Source: an uncultured Chloroflexia bacterium
GTDB taxonomy: Bacteria > Chloroflexota > Limnocylindria > Limnocylindrales > CSP1-4
Reading direction: 5' to 3'
Assembly: GCA_963813535.1 (NCBI GenBank)
Contig: CAWEZH010000003.1
Coordinates: 96,001 to 160,000 of the forward strand
Length of the DNA: 64,000 nucleotides
In this document: positions 50,588-62,361 of the stretch, piece by piece
How the letters are laid out: each line of letters opens with the position of its first letter
Position numbering within the stretch: position 1 is the first letter of the stretch
The notes under the pieces: model-generated
The model's database searches: none
What the model saw: the letters and a program-made list of their open reading frames with translations, nothing else
What the model was told of the DNA's origin: nothing
Program-made: the position numbers and the translations under genes

Positions 50588-51330
50588 CGGACCAGCTTCC
50601 CCGTGCGGACCGTCGCCGCGCGATAGACGTCGCCGGCGAGGCCGCGCGCCGAGATGGCGTTCGCGACCGCCAGCGTGTCGAACGCCGTCCGCCGGATGTC
50701 GGCGCGGACCTCGCCATCCGTGATGTCGATCAGCGCCCAGGACGCGGTCGGGTCGCCGTCGAACACGTAGCCCGCGGACCCGTCGTTGACGATGACCTTC
50801 CAGCCGAGGTCGCGCACGTCGGGCTGGTGGGTGTGGCCGCAGACGATGACCCGAGCGTCCGTCCGGGCGACCCGCTCGACGGTGACCGACGGGTCGAGGT
50901 CGCGGTCGAGACCCGCGGTCTGCGAGCCCGGCGACGCGTGGCAGACGACGACGAGCGTGTCATCGTCCGTGCGCAGCCTGCGCTCGGCGGGGAGACCGCG
51001 CAGCCACTCGATGCGCTCCTCGCCGAGGGCGTCATGCGCCCACTCGGCGGCATCGACGATGGCGTCCGGGACCCCATCGGTCATCCACGGGAAGGCGGCC
51101 GCGTAATCGAAATCGGCGACCGCGACGTCGGTGTTGCCGCTGGCGATCAGCGTGCCCTCCGCCGCGAGGCCGCGGAGCACATCGACGACCCCGACCGGGT
51201 CCGGACCGTTGAGGACCAGGTCCCCGGCGATCACGACGCGGTCCGGCGCCTGCTGGGCGATATCGGCGAGGACCGCCTCGAGGGCGAGGGCGTTGCCATG
51301 GATGTCGGAGAGGGCCGCGACGCGGGTCAT
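50584..51330 (-). CDS. Calcineurin-like metallophosphoesterase (YfcE/MJ0936-like)
   Basis: SDIHGN, GDLV, GNTD, CHASP, GHTH, NDGS. Confidence 0.9.
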   Translation of the reverse strand: MTRVAALSDIHGNALALEAVLADIAQQAPDRVVIAGDLVLNGPDPVGVVDVLRGLAAEGTLIASGNTDVAVADFDYAAAFPWMTDGVPDAIVDAAEWAHDALGEERIEWLRGLPAERRLRTDDDTLVVVCHASPGSQTAGLDRDLDPSVTVERVARTDARVIVCGHTHQPDVRDLGWKVIVNDGSAGYVFDGDPTASWALIDITDGEVRADIRRTAFDTLAVANAISARGLAGDVYRAATVRTGKLVR

Positions 51331-51782
51331 CGGAGCGCTCCCTCGGGCGGGATGATGAAGCTCAGGACGCCTTCACAGGCGACTTCGCCATCGACCGTCG
51401 CCACCCCGCGACCCTTGCCGAACCGCGACCCCAGCTTCTCCATCGTGATCTCGAGTCGCAGCGTGTCGCCCGGCGCCACGATCCGTTTGAAGCGGACGTC
51501 GTCGATGCCGGCGAACAACCCGATCCGGTCACCGAAGCCCGGCTGCTTGGCGACATACACCGCCATCGTCTGGGCGAGTGCCTCGACCTGCAGCACGCCC
51601 GGCATGACCGGCAGGCCCGGAAAGTGGCCTGCGAAGAACCACTCGGTCGCCGTCACGCCCTTCACGCCGACGATCCGCTTCCCGTCTGCGTCGTACTCGA
51701 CGATCCGGTCGACGAGCAGGAACGGATGGCGGTGCGGGATCAGGCCTTCGATCTCGGCGGTCGTGTGGACGATGTCGGTCAC
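51327..51782 (-). CDS. fabZ: 3-hydroxyacyl-ACP dehydratase
   Basis: PHRHPFLLVDR, GHFPG.PVMPGVL.VEALAQ. Confidence 0.95.
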   Translation of the reverse strand: MTDIVHTTAEIEGLIPHRHPFLLVDRIVEYDADGKRIVGVKGVTATEWFFAGHFPGLPVMPGVLQVEALAQTMAVYVAKQPGFGDRIGLFAGIDDVRFKRIVAPGDTLRLEITMEKLGSRFGKGRGVATVDGEVACEGVLSFIIPPEGALR

Positions 51783-51867
51783 GGCTGCTCCTGGGGCGGG
51801 TGCTTCGATCAGTCTGGGCGATTCTGACCTGCGGATGCGGACCGGCGTGTGCAGGTCTGCACGACCC

Positions 51868-53238
51868 TCATGCCCGGGCGGCCGCCGCGAGGAAGGCCGC
51901 GCTGCCCACTCGATCGAGCAGGTTCGTGGTCATGCGGCCCTCGAGGAACGTCTCCGATGCGAGCAGGGCCTGGTGGATGTCGACGTTCGTCGTGATGCCC
52001 TCGATGACCAGTTCCTCGAGCGCCACCCGCCCGCGCGCGATGGCCGTCGCCCGGTCCGGGCCCCACACGATCAGCTTGCCCAGGAGCGAGTCGTAGAACG
52101 GCGGGACCTCGTAGCCGGTGAACAGGTGTGAGTCCATCCGGACACCCGGTCCGCCGGGCGCGTGATAGCGCTCGACGGTCCCGGCTCCGGGTCGGAAGTC
52201 GTGCGCCGGGTCCTCGGCGTTGATGCGGAACTCGATGGCGTGGCCGTCGAACTCGACGTCGGCCTGGGTGATGCCCAGCGGCTCGCCGGCGGCGATGCGC
52301 ATCTGCATCGCGACCAGATCGAGGCCGGTCACGCTCTCCGTCACGGGGTGCTCGACCTGGATGCGGCAGTTGATCTCGATGAAATAGAAGTCGCCCCGGC
52401 CATCGACCAGGAACTCGAGCGTGCCGACGTTCTCGTACCCGGCGGCCACCACCGCGCGCACGGCCTTCTCGGCGAGCTCCGCACGTGCCGTTTCGGACAG
52501 GGCCGGTGTCGGCGCCTCCTCCAGGATCTTCTGGTGGCGACGCTGGACCGAGCAGTCGCGCTCGCCGAGGTGCACGCCGTGCCCGTACCGGTCGACCGCC
52601 ACCTGGACCTCGACGTGGCGGTTCTCGTCGAGCCATTTCTCGAGGTACAGGGAGTCGTCGCCGAACGCCGCCTTGGCCTCGCTGCGACAGACCTTGAGCA
52701 CCAATTCGAGCTCGCGCGGCGTGCGCACCATGCGCATGCCCTTGCCGCCGCCACCCGCCGACGGCTTGACCAGCACCGGGTAGCCGATGCGCTCGGCCTC
52801 GGCCAGGGCGTGCATGTCGTCGCGCAGCATCCCGTCGGAGCCCGGGATGGTCGGCAGACCATGGGCGCCGAGCAGCTGCCGGGTGCCGGCCTTGCTGGCG
52901 AAGCGCTCGAGCACGTTGGCCGGCGGCCCGATGAACGTCATGCCGTGGGCCGCGACGACCTCGGCGAAGCCCTCGTCCTCGGACAGGAAGCCGTAGCCAG
53001 GATGGACCGCATCACAGCCGGTGACGAGGGCGGCCGAGATGACCGCCGGTGCCGAGAGGTACGACCGTTGGGCCTCCGCCGGCCCGATGCAGATGGCCTC
53101 ATCGGCGAGACCGACCGGCAGCGATTCGCGGTCGGCTTCGCTATAGGCGACGACGGCCTCGACGCCGAGCGTGCGACACGCGCGCAGGATGCGCAGCGCG
53201 ATCTCCCCGCGATTGGCGATGAGGACCTTGCGGAACAT
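51868..53238 (-). CDS. accC: Biotin carboxylase subunit of acetyl-CoA carboxylase
   Basis: KVLIANRGEIA, HPGYGFLSE, GGGGKGMR, ERDCSVQRRHQK, RIQVEHPVTE. Confidence 0.96.
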   Translation of the reverse strand: MFRKVLIANRGEIALRILRACRTLGVEAVVAYSEADRESLPVGLADEAICIGPAEAQRSYLSAPAVISAALVTGCDAVHPGYGFLSEDEGFAEVVAAHGMTFIGPPANVLERFASKAGTRQLLGAHGLPTIPGSDGMLRDDMHALAEAERIGYPVLVKPSAGGGGKGMRMVRTPRELELVLKVCRSEAKAAFGDDSLYLEKWLDENRHVEVQVAVDRYGHGVHLGERDCSVQRRHQKILEEAPTPALSETARAELAEKAVRAVVAAGYENVGTLEFLVDGRGDFYFIEINCRIQVEHPVTESVTGLDLVAMQMRIAAGEPLGITQADVEFDGHAIEFRINAEDPAHDFRPGAGTVERYHAPGGPGVRMDSHLFTGYEVPPFYDSLLGKLIVWGPDRATAIARGRVALEELVIEGITTNVDIHQALLASETFLEGRMTTNLLDRVGSAAFLAAAARA

Positions 53239-53254
53239 CAGTCGCTGCGGGACA

Positions 53255-53839
53255 TCAGACGTTCCCGGTGCCGTTGGTCGACATCGGGACACCGAACTCG
53301 ATCATGATCAGTTCCTGGCCGTACTCCACGGCATCGCCCGGCTCGACGAGGCTGGTCCCGACGACGCCGTCGATCGGTGCGACGACCTCCTGGGCGACAC
53401 CCAGCATGTCGACGGCTCCGAGCGGGTCGCCTGCCCGCACGCGTGAGCCGGCAGTCAGGTCCTTGCGCGGTTGGAAGATCCCGACCGCGGGTGAGGTCGC
53501 GACATTCCCCGAGTCGGAGCGCACGCTCGCGTGCGATTCCGGATGCGGGTGCAGGTGCTGGGCCCGCGGCGGCCGCTCGTGACTACGCTCCTGGGAGCGC
53601 TCGCCGGTACGGTCCGTGACCCGCCGCTCCCGGCCGCCAACCGCCGTGCCACCCGGTCGGCGCAACCGGACGCGCCAGTCACCTTCCCGCACTTCGAGCT
53701 CGCCCAGGCCGGTGGCGCCCAACTTGGCGATCAGCGCCGGGAGCAGCTCGGCGGTGAGCCGGTCGATCGCGGCGTGATCCGTCGCGCGGTCGGCGTCGGC
53801 GCGCTCGGAACGGGTGTCGCGCGACAACGGTTCAGGCAC
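53255..53839 (-). CDS. BCCP-like biotin/lipoyl-domain protein lacking the biotinylated lysine
   Basis: GLGELEV N-terminal motif, TSPAVGIF, AVDMLGVAQEV in place of EAMK, VEYGQEL. Confidence 0.85.
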   Translation of the reverse strand: MPEPLSRDTRSERADADRATDHAAIDRLTAELLPALIAKLGATGLGELEVREGDWRVRLRRPGGTAVGGRERRVTDRTGERSQERSHERPPRAQHLHPHPESHASVRSDSGNVATSPAVGIFQPRKDLTAGSRVRAGDPLGAVDMLGVAQEVVAPIDGVVGTSLVEPGDAVEYGQELIMIEFGVPMSTNGTGNV

Positions 53840-53842
53840 GCG

Positions 53843-55818
<1,976 letters not shown>

Positions 55819-55819
<1 letters not shown>

Positions 55820-56271
55820 CAGACGAGCCTCGCCCTGGCGACCGCGCGGATGGCGCGCGTCATCGGATCGGCGGTGGGCCGGCCGCGTCGCCAGGCGACC
55901 CACGCGGCAGCGCCGGCGAGTGAGATCGCGGCCGGGATCAGCACGCCGCCGATGACGACGGGCCGCACCTGGCCCGGCGGGCGGGCGTCAAGGACGGCTT
56001 CGCCCGTGCGGCCTGGCTCGGGGAACTCGATGACCTCACCCGATGCTGCGTCGCCACCGGCGACCGACGCGAGCCGCGCCGCCAGGGCTTCCACGAACCG
56101 GAACGACGGGTGATAGCGCGGCAGGCCGCTCACGAGCAGGTCCGCGGTCGCGCGGAGGTCGGCCGGGATGTCGGACGGATCTCGCGGCGCGCGGGCGAGC
56201 AACGACTCGAGGTAGCGGTCGACGACGAACGCCTCGATCTCCCCATCGCGCGCCGACGGGCCGAGGGTCAC
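55819..56271 (-). CDS. Putative anti-sigma factor (single TM)
   Basis: GTGA overlap with the ECF gene; DRYLESLL..PSFRF...L.ARL pattern then a TM helix. Confidence 0.6.
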
Positions 56272-56906
56272 GCCCTCCCCTCGCCGCGATCGCGAAGATC
56301 GCGCGCGATCCCGCGCAGGCCTCGGTGGATCAGGACGCGGACGGCGCCCTCGGACCGCTGCAGGACCTCGGCGATCTCGGCCGTCGACATCTCGTGGACG
56401 AAGCGCAGGACGACCGCCCGTCGACGGTCTCCGGGAAGCCTGTCGACAGCACGCCAGGCCGAGGTGGCGGCCTCACGGTCGACCACGACCCGCTCGACAT
56501 CCGTCGGATCCGGCGTCGCCAACGCGAGGTCGAGCGGCGCCTCGGGGCGTCGTCGCCGGCGGCGTCGGCGCTCCGCGACGACGTTCCGGGCGATGCGGAA
56601 CAGCCAGATCCGGAACGTCGAGGCGTCGTCGCCATCCTCGGCGCGTGCACGCTCTTCGAACCGGGGCAAACCGGCGAGCGCGGACAGGAACGTCCGCTCC
56701 GTTGCGTCCTCGGCCTCGTGATGGTCACCGAGCTCGTAGACCGCGAAGTTGTACACCTGGGCCACGTACTTCCGATACAGCGCGTCGAACCGCGCGGGGT
56801 CGGCCCGTGCCGCTTCCACGAGCGACCGATCAAGGTCGAGGTGGGCGAGACGCGAGCGACCGGCCTCCTCGGGCCGCGTCGTCTTCCTCAATGCCGGACG
56901 GTCCAT
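56268..56906 (-). CDS. ECF (sigma-70 family) RNA polymerase sigma factor
   Basis: FDALYRKY, EAEDAT..TF, FRIWLFRIARN, EIAEVL..SEGAVRVLIHRG. Confidence 0.93.
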   Translation of the reverse strand: MDRPALRKTTRPEEAGRSRLAHLDLDRSLVEAARADPARFDALYRKYVAQVYNFAVYELGDHHEAEDATERTFLSALAGLPRFEERARAEDGDDASTFRIWLFRIARNVVAERRRRRRRRPEAPLDLALATPDPTDVERVVVDREAATSAWRAVDRLPGDRRRAVVLRFVHEMSTAEIAEVLQRSEGAVRVLIHRGLRGIARDLRDRGEGRA

Positions 56907-56910
56907 CGCG

Positions 56911-57726
56911 TTACACCCCGACCCGCTGGATCGCAACGGCGGGCGCTGCGAGGCGCACGTGGCGGACCTCGCCGACCACGACCGATCGTCGGGCCGCAGC
57001 CGCCGGTCCCTCGATGACGAGGGCGCCGGTCTCGGTGTCGACCCCGGTGGCACGGACCGGCGAACTGGCACCGTCCGGCCCGATCAGATCGATTTCGCGG
57101 CCGGTCGTCACCTGGCGGACGCTCCAGCCATCGGCGTCGAACCGGCCGGCGCGCAATGCCTCGACACCCACCTCGAGGCGGGCCAGGAATGCGTCGAGCA
57201 CGGCCCCGTGGTCGACCGCCCGAGCCGCAGCCTCGCGGAGGGACGTCATCGATCCGGCCAGCTCGGCCGGGAAAGCGTCCCGTGGCCAGTCACCGTTCAG
57301 ACCGATGCCGATGACCGCCCGTGGATCGTCCGAGCCGATGCCGTCGCTCTCGCCCAGGACGCCGGCCAGCTTCCCGACGCCATCACCTGACTCGATGACG
57401 AGGTCATTCGGCCATTTCAGGCGGATCGACCCGGCCCGGATGCCCGTGACACGCTCGGAGGCCTCGGCCATCGCCAGCGAGGTCACGGCCGCCAGGCGCC
57501 ACAGGTGCTCCGGCTGCAGCCACGCCGGCCGGAACCCGAGTGAGAGCAGCAGCGCCCCGCCGGCCGGCGCGGTCCACGTCCGACCGTCCCGCCCGCGACC
57601 GGCGGTCTGCTCGTCGGCGACGGCGAGCGCGATCTCCGGCGTCCCATCGGCCAGCCAGCTCCGGACGACGTCGTTGGTCGATCCGACGACCTCGAAATGC
57701 TCTCGGCGAGAGATGAAGGGCGGCAT
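56911..57726 (-). CDS. birA: Biotin--protein ligase (no N-terminal HTH)
   Basis: GSTN, QTAGRGR.GR.W, LKWPNDL, KLAGVL.E, GIGLN. Confidence 0.93.
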   Translation of the reverse strand: MPPFISRREHFEVVGSTNDVVRSWLADGTPEIALAVADEQTAGRGRDGRTWTAPAGGALLLSLGFRPAWLQPEHLWRLAAVTSLAMAEASERVTGIRAGSIRLKWPNDLVIESGDGVGKLAGVLGESDGIGSDDPRAVIGIGLNGDWPRDAFPAELAGSMTSLREAAARAVDHGAVLDAFLARLEVGVEALRAGRFDADGWSVRQVTTGREIDLIGPDGASSPVRATGVDTETGALVIEGPAAAARRSVVVGEVRHVRLAAPAVAIQRVGV

Positions 57727-57748
57727 GGGCTCAGGGCGATCGGCGGCG

Positions 57749-59011
57749 TCAGCCGGCCGCCGCGACCTCGACCGGTTCGGGTCGCTCGAGCTCGAACGCG
57801 TCATGCAGGGCGCGGAGGGCAGTCTCGAGCTCATCCTCGGCGATCATGCAGGTGATGCGCACCTCCGAGGTCGAGATCATCTCGATGTTGACGCCGGCGT
57901 CGGCGAGCGTGCCGAACATCCGGGCCGCGTAGCCCGGTGCGTTGTGCAGTCCCGCCCCGACGATGCTCACCTTGGCGACCGAGGCGTCCGTGGTCAGCTC
58001 GCGGGCACCGAGCTCGCGGACGACCGGATCGAGCGTCTTCTTGGCCTTGCCGAGCTCGACCTGCGGGACCGTGAACGAGAGGTCGGTCTCGCCGCCGTGG
58101 CCGACGTTCTGGACGATCATGTCGATGTTCACGCCGGCCGTCGCGAGCGGGTCGAAGATCGCGCGGGCGATGCCCGGCCGGTCCGGGACCGCGACGATCG
58201 TGACCTTCGCTACGTTCCGGTCGTGGGCAAGGCCGCGGACCTTGTTGCGCTGCTCCACGAGCGGGTCCTCCTTGATGAGCGTCCCTGGCGCGTCCTCGAA
58301 CGAGCTCAGGACCTCGATGACGACGTCGTTGATCCAGCCCAGCTCCACCGCCCGGACCTGCATGACCTGGGCGCCCTGGTGGGCGAGCTCGAGCATCTCC
58401 TCGTAGCCGATCACGGGCAGCTGGCGGGCGGGCGGCACCAGACGCGGATCGGCGGTGAAGATACCCCGGACGTCCGTGAAGACCTGGCATCGATCGGCCC
58501 GCAAGGCCGCCGCGAGGGCGACGGCCGTCGTGTCACTGCCCCCGCGACCGAGCGTCGTGAGCTCCATCTCGTGGGCCTGCTCGGCGCTCTGCCCCTGGAA
58601 ACCGGCGACGATGACGACCTTTCCGCCCTCGAGCTCGGTGCGGATGCGACGAGGTTCGACGCCCGCGATCCGGGCCCGGCCGTACGAGCCATCGGTGGTG
58701 ATGCCGGCTTGCGGTCCGGTGAGGCTGATGGCCGGGACGCCGAGCGCATGCAACGCCATCGAGAGGAGCGTCGCGCTCTGGTGCTCGCCGGTCGCGAGCA
58801 GGACGTCGAGCTCGCGCGGGTCGGGCTCGTCGGTGATGGCCGCGGCCAGGCCGAGCAACTCGTCGGTCGCGTCGCCCATGGCCGAGACGACCACGACCAG
58901 ATCGTGGCCGGCGGCGCGTTCGCGCGCGATCCGCCGGGCGACCCGCTTGATCCGGTCCGCCCCGGCGACCGATGAGCCGCCGTACTTCTGGACGACGAGG
59001 GGGCCGGGCAT
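57749..59011 (-). CDS. lysC: Aspartate kinase
   Basis: VQKYGGSSV, VVSAMG, TTLGRGGSDTTA, DPRLV, two ACT domains (NIDMIVQN, NIEMISTSE). Confidence 0.96.
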   Translation of the reverse strand: MPGPLVVQKYGGSSVAGADRIKRVARRIARERAAGHDLVVVVSAMGDATDELLGLAAAITDEPDPRELDVLLATGEHQSATLLSMALHALGVPAISLTGPQAGITTDGSYGRARIAGVEPRRIRTELEGGKVVIVAGFQGQSAEQAHEMELTTLGRGGSDTTAVALAAALRADRCQVFTDVRGIFTADPRLVPPARQLPVIGYEEMLELAHQGAQVMQVRAVELGWINDVVIEVLSSFEDAPGTLIKEDPLVEQRNKVRGLAHDRNVAKVTIVAVPDRPGIARAIFDPLATAGVNIDMIVQNVGHGGETDLSFTVPQVELGKAKKTLDPVVRELGARELTTDASVAKVSIVGAGLHNAPGYAARMFGTLADAGVNIEMISTSEVRITCMIAEDELETALRALHDAFELERPEPVEVAAAG

Positions 59012-59080
59012 GCCGGGCATTCTACTGCCGGGTCTCGCACGCTCCGAACGTGTGGGCCGGCGAACGCCCCGCCGCGAATA

Positions 59081-59207
59081 CGCCGAAATCGTCGCATCTG
59101 ACGCTGAGATCGGCGGAACCGAGCGTGGCTGCCTTGAGCGACCTCATCCGCGCGACCGGCGTCGTGCACGAAGGCCCGCATCTCGACGCAATGCGACGAT
59201 TTCGGCG
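59081..59207. repeat. Perfect 17-bp inverted repeat flanking a 93-bp spacer (MITE/REP-like or cruciform)
   Basis: CGCCGAAATCGTCGCAT (59081-59097) and ATGCGACGATTTCGGCG (59191-59207). Confidence 0.7.
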
Positions 59208-59254
59208 CATCGAGCGCGACACGACCAACCGCCCGCGACAGCGAGGACCTGCCC

Positions 59255-60018
59255 ATGTGCCACGACCACGACAGCCACCCGCCGATCGCCCCCATCGCCG
59301 GTGGCGCCCTCGACGGGGTGCGCGTCGAGCTCACTGCGGCGGACGGGAATCAGCTCGCGGCCTTTCGCGCTCGGCCCACGCAGCCGCGTGGCACCGGCGT
59401 GGTGATCCTCCCGGACGTCCGCGGCCTCCACCCGTTCTACGAGGAGCTCGCCCTCCGGTTCGCGGAGCACGGGGTCGATGCGATCGCGATCGACTGGTTC
59501 GGTCGAACGGCCGGCGTCGGTCGACGTGGCGAGGGCTTCGAGCACATGCCACACGTCGAGCGAACCACGTGGGACGGCAACGCGACGGATATCGCCGCGG
59601 GCGTCCAGGCGCTGCGCGACGACGGCGTCGCGTCGGTCTTCACGATCGGCTTCTGCATGGGCGGCCGGATGTCGTTCCTGGCCATCCACGCTCGAGCTCG
59701 ACCTCGCCGGCGTCATCGGGTTGTACGGGACGCTCCGAGGGTCCGTGGCGAAACGACGCTCCGGCGCCACTCGATCGACTCGACGACATCGGCTCGCCGG
59801 TCCTGGGGCTGTTCGGTGGGGCTGATGGCTCGACCACCGCCGACGCGGTCGAGGGCTTCGACCGCGGGCTGACCGACCGCGGGGTCGATCATCGAGTCGT
59901 CACCTACGCCGGGGCGCCGCACAGCTTCTTCGACCGCAAGGCGGCCGATTTCGCCAGGGAGAGCGCGGCCGCGTGGGACGAGGTCCTGGCCTTCATCGAC
60001 GCTCACTCGAGCGGCTGA
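59255..60018 (+). CDS. Dienelactone hydrolase family protein with two frameshifts (sequencing error or pseudogene)
   Basis: PDVRGL and GFCMGG in frame 1; LELDLAGVIGLYG in frame 2; PVLGLFGGAD..GAPHSFF in frame 3; shifts near 59683 and 59735. Confidence 0.8.
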
Positions 60019-60038
60019 GACGGAGAGCGCCGATGGGA

Positions 60039-60223
60039 CTAGCGCTTCGCGAGCGTCCAGGCTCCCGCGACGAGCAGACGAAGATCACCGCCCACAGCAA
60101 GCCGTTCGGCAGCGCTCGTTCGCCCGCGCCCACGATCCCGCGCAGCCCGGCGCCGATCGCGTCGAATGCGCCCCCGACCAGCCCGGTGATGCCGCTGCCC
60201 ACGCTTCCGGCGAGGTCGTTCAT
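60039..60223 (-). CDS. Small Gly-rich membrane protein with a probable 1-bp deletion near 60077
   Basis: MNDLAGSVG..LLWAVIFV continues as LLVAGAWTLAKR* in the adjacent frame. Confidence 0.5.
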
Positions 60224-60301
60224 GCGGGAGCATGGCCGTCGGGCGACGCGCGCACCATCACCCGAGGGTCCTGGCCCGTTGACAGGTCGCCCACGCGTCG
60301 A

Positions 60302-61264
60302 TCAGGCGGTCGTGAGGACCTTCGCGCCGGCGTTGCGCGGCTCGACGACGAGCACGCGTCCTTCCAGATCGGTATCGGCTGCGATGGCGCCGAACGCGGC
60401 TTCGACGCGGGAGATGCGGGACATCGAATCGGCGAAGGCGATGATGGTCGAGCCGGCGCCGGACAGGCACGCCCCGAGCGCCCCGGCCTCGCGGGCCGCC
60501 GCGACCATCTTGGGGAACTCCGGGTAGACGCTGGCTCGGTACTGCTCGTGCAGCCGATCGACCGTCAATCTGCCCAGGATGTCGCTCCGGCCGGCCGCCA
60601 GCCCCGCGACACCGAGCGCCACCGCACCCAGGTTCGCGACAGCGTCGTCGTACGGCACCGTGGCGGGGAGGGCCTTGCGCATCGCCTCGGTCGGCAGGCG
60701 CCGCTCCGGGATGAACAGCACCGCCCGCAGGTCGCGTGGCACGTCGATCCGCAGCGCCTCCACGCCGTCCGCCGTCTGGGCGGATGCCACGAACCCTCCC
60801 AGCAGGGCCGCGGCGGCATTGTCCGGGTGCCCCTCGATCCCGGCCGCGATGCGCAATTGGGTGGCCGTGTCGAGCGGTCCGCCGAGGAGCGCGTTCGCGG
60901 CGACGACCCCGGCGACGGTCGCAGCGGCGGAGGAGCCGAGCCCGCGCGCCACCGGTATCGCGTTCCGCATGTCGATCCGCCACCCGACACCCTCGGGCAG
61001 CTCACCGCGCGCGGCGCCCATCGCCGCCTCGAGGCCACGAACGAAGCGGTTGTCGCGGTCATCGGTCAGCTCATCGCGACCCTCGCCCTCGACCGTCAGC
61101 TCGATCCGTCCACGGCTCCAGCCCCGGACCTCGACCTCGATCCGGTTCGTGATGGCGAGGGCCACGCCCAGGCAGTCGAACCCGGCACCGAGGTTCGCCG
61201 ACGAGCCGGGGACTTCGACTGACACTCGACGGCCATCGAGCTCGGCGAGCCAGTGGGCGACCAT
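60302..61264 (-). CDS. thrB: Homoserine kinase
   Basis: PGSSANLGAGFD, IPVARGLGSSAAA, EGHPDN, LSGAGST. Confidence 0.95.
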   Translation of the reverse strand: MVAHWLAELDGRRVSVEVPGSSANLGAGFDCLGVALAITNRIEVEVRGWSRGRIELTVEGEGRDELTDDRDNRFVRGLEAAMGAARGELPEGVGWRIDMRNAIPVARGLGSSAAATVAGVVAANALLGGPLDTATQLRIAAGIEGHPDNAAAALLGGFVASAQTADGVEALRIDVPRDLRAVLFIPERRLPTEAMRKALPATVPYDDAVANLGAVALGVAGLAAGRSDILGRLTVDRLHEQYRASVYPEFPKMVAAAREAGALGACLSGAGSTIIAFADSMSRISRVEAAFGAIAADTDLEGRVLVVEPRNAGAKVLTTA

Positions 61265-61266
61265 CG

Positions 61267-62361
61267 TCAGCTCCAGCCCAACGCGACGGCGACCGCGCCG
61301 AGGGTCGGGGCGGACTCGATCACGCCCGGCACCTGGCGCTCGGCCGTGTGCGGGTCCTTGAGACCGTGACCGGTCAGAACGGCCACCACGGTGGCGTCGG
61401 GATCGAGCGCCTCGGTCGCCGCCATCTTGCGGAGTCCTGCGACCGACGCCGCGGACGCCGGCTCGCAGAAGATGCCCTCGAGGCGGGCCACGTCGCGATA
61501 CGCCGCCAGGATCTCCTCGTCGGTGACCGCCTCGATCCGGCCGCGGCTCTCGTCGCGCGCCGCGATCGCCTTGTCCCAGGACGCGGGGGCCCCGATCCGG
61601 ATGGCCGTGGCGACGGTCTCCGGCCGCTCGATCGGCCGGCCGCGGACGAGGGGCGCCGCCCCTGCGGCCTGGAACCCCCACATGTGGGGTCGGGAGCGGA
61701 CCAGGCCGGCCTCGGCGTACTCGCGGAAACCCGCCCAGTAGGCACTGATGTTGCCGGCGTTGCCGACCGGGATCGCGAGGATGTCCGGTGCCCGGCCGAG
61801 CTCGTCGCAGACTTCGAACGCGGCGGTCTTCTGGCCGTCGAGGCGGTACGGGTTGACCGAGTTCACCAGCGTGACGGGGTGCTCGTCCTGCTCCGCCAGG
61901 GCCCGGACGATGCGCAGGGCGTCGTCGAAGTTGCCATCGACGGCCACGACCCGCGCACCCGCGGCAAGCGCCTGGAGCAGCTTCCCGAGCGCCGTCTGGC
62001 CGCGGGGCAGCACCACGATCACCTCGAGCCCGGCGGCCGCGCCGTAGGCCGCAGCCGACGCCGACGTGTTCCCGGTCGAGGCGCAGACGATGGCCCGGGC
62101 GCCCGCCTCGATCGCCTTGGCGACCGCGACGACCATGCCCCGATCCTTGAACGAGCCCGTCGGGTTCTGGCCCTCCACCTTGAGATAGAGGTGGGGCGCT
62201 CCGATCGCCCGACCGAGTCGCTCGGCCCGAACGAGCGGCGTGCCACCTTCGCCGAGGCTGAGCGAGGGCGTGGCCTCGCTGATCGGCAGGAACCGCCGGT
62301 ACCGGTCCATGAGGCGTGGTCGGCTCCCGCCGATCAAGGCCGCCGACGGCGCGTCAGTCAT
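61267..62361 (-). CDS. thrC: Threonine synthase
   Basis: [44 protein letters not shown]. Confidence 0.96.
   Translation of the reverse strand: MTDAPSAALIGGSRPRLMDRYRRFLPISEATPSLSLGEGGTPLVRAERLGRAIGAPHLYLKVEGQNPTGSFKDRGMVVAVAKAIEAGARAIVCASTGNTSASAAAYGAAAGLEVIVVLPRGQTALGKLLQALAAGARVVAVDGNFDDALRIVRALAEQDEHPVTLVNSVNPYRLDGQKTAAFEVCDELGRAPDILAIPVGNAGNISAYWAGFREYAEAGLVRSRPHMWGFQAAGAAPLVRGRPIERPETVATAIRIGAPASWDKAIAARDESRGRIEAVTDEEILAAYRDVARLEGIFCEPASAASVAGLRKMAATEALDPDATVVAVLTGHGLKDPHTAERQVPGVIESAPTLGAVAVALGWS

Noticed and set aside
59012-59254. Lysine riboswitch upstream of lysC
   Set aside because: No AGAGGUGC-type core, and lysC appears leaderless (TAGAAT 7 nt before ATG).
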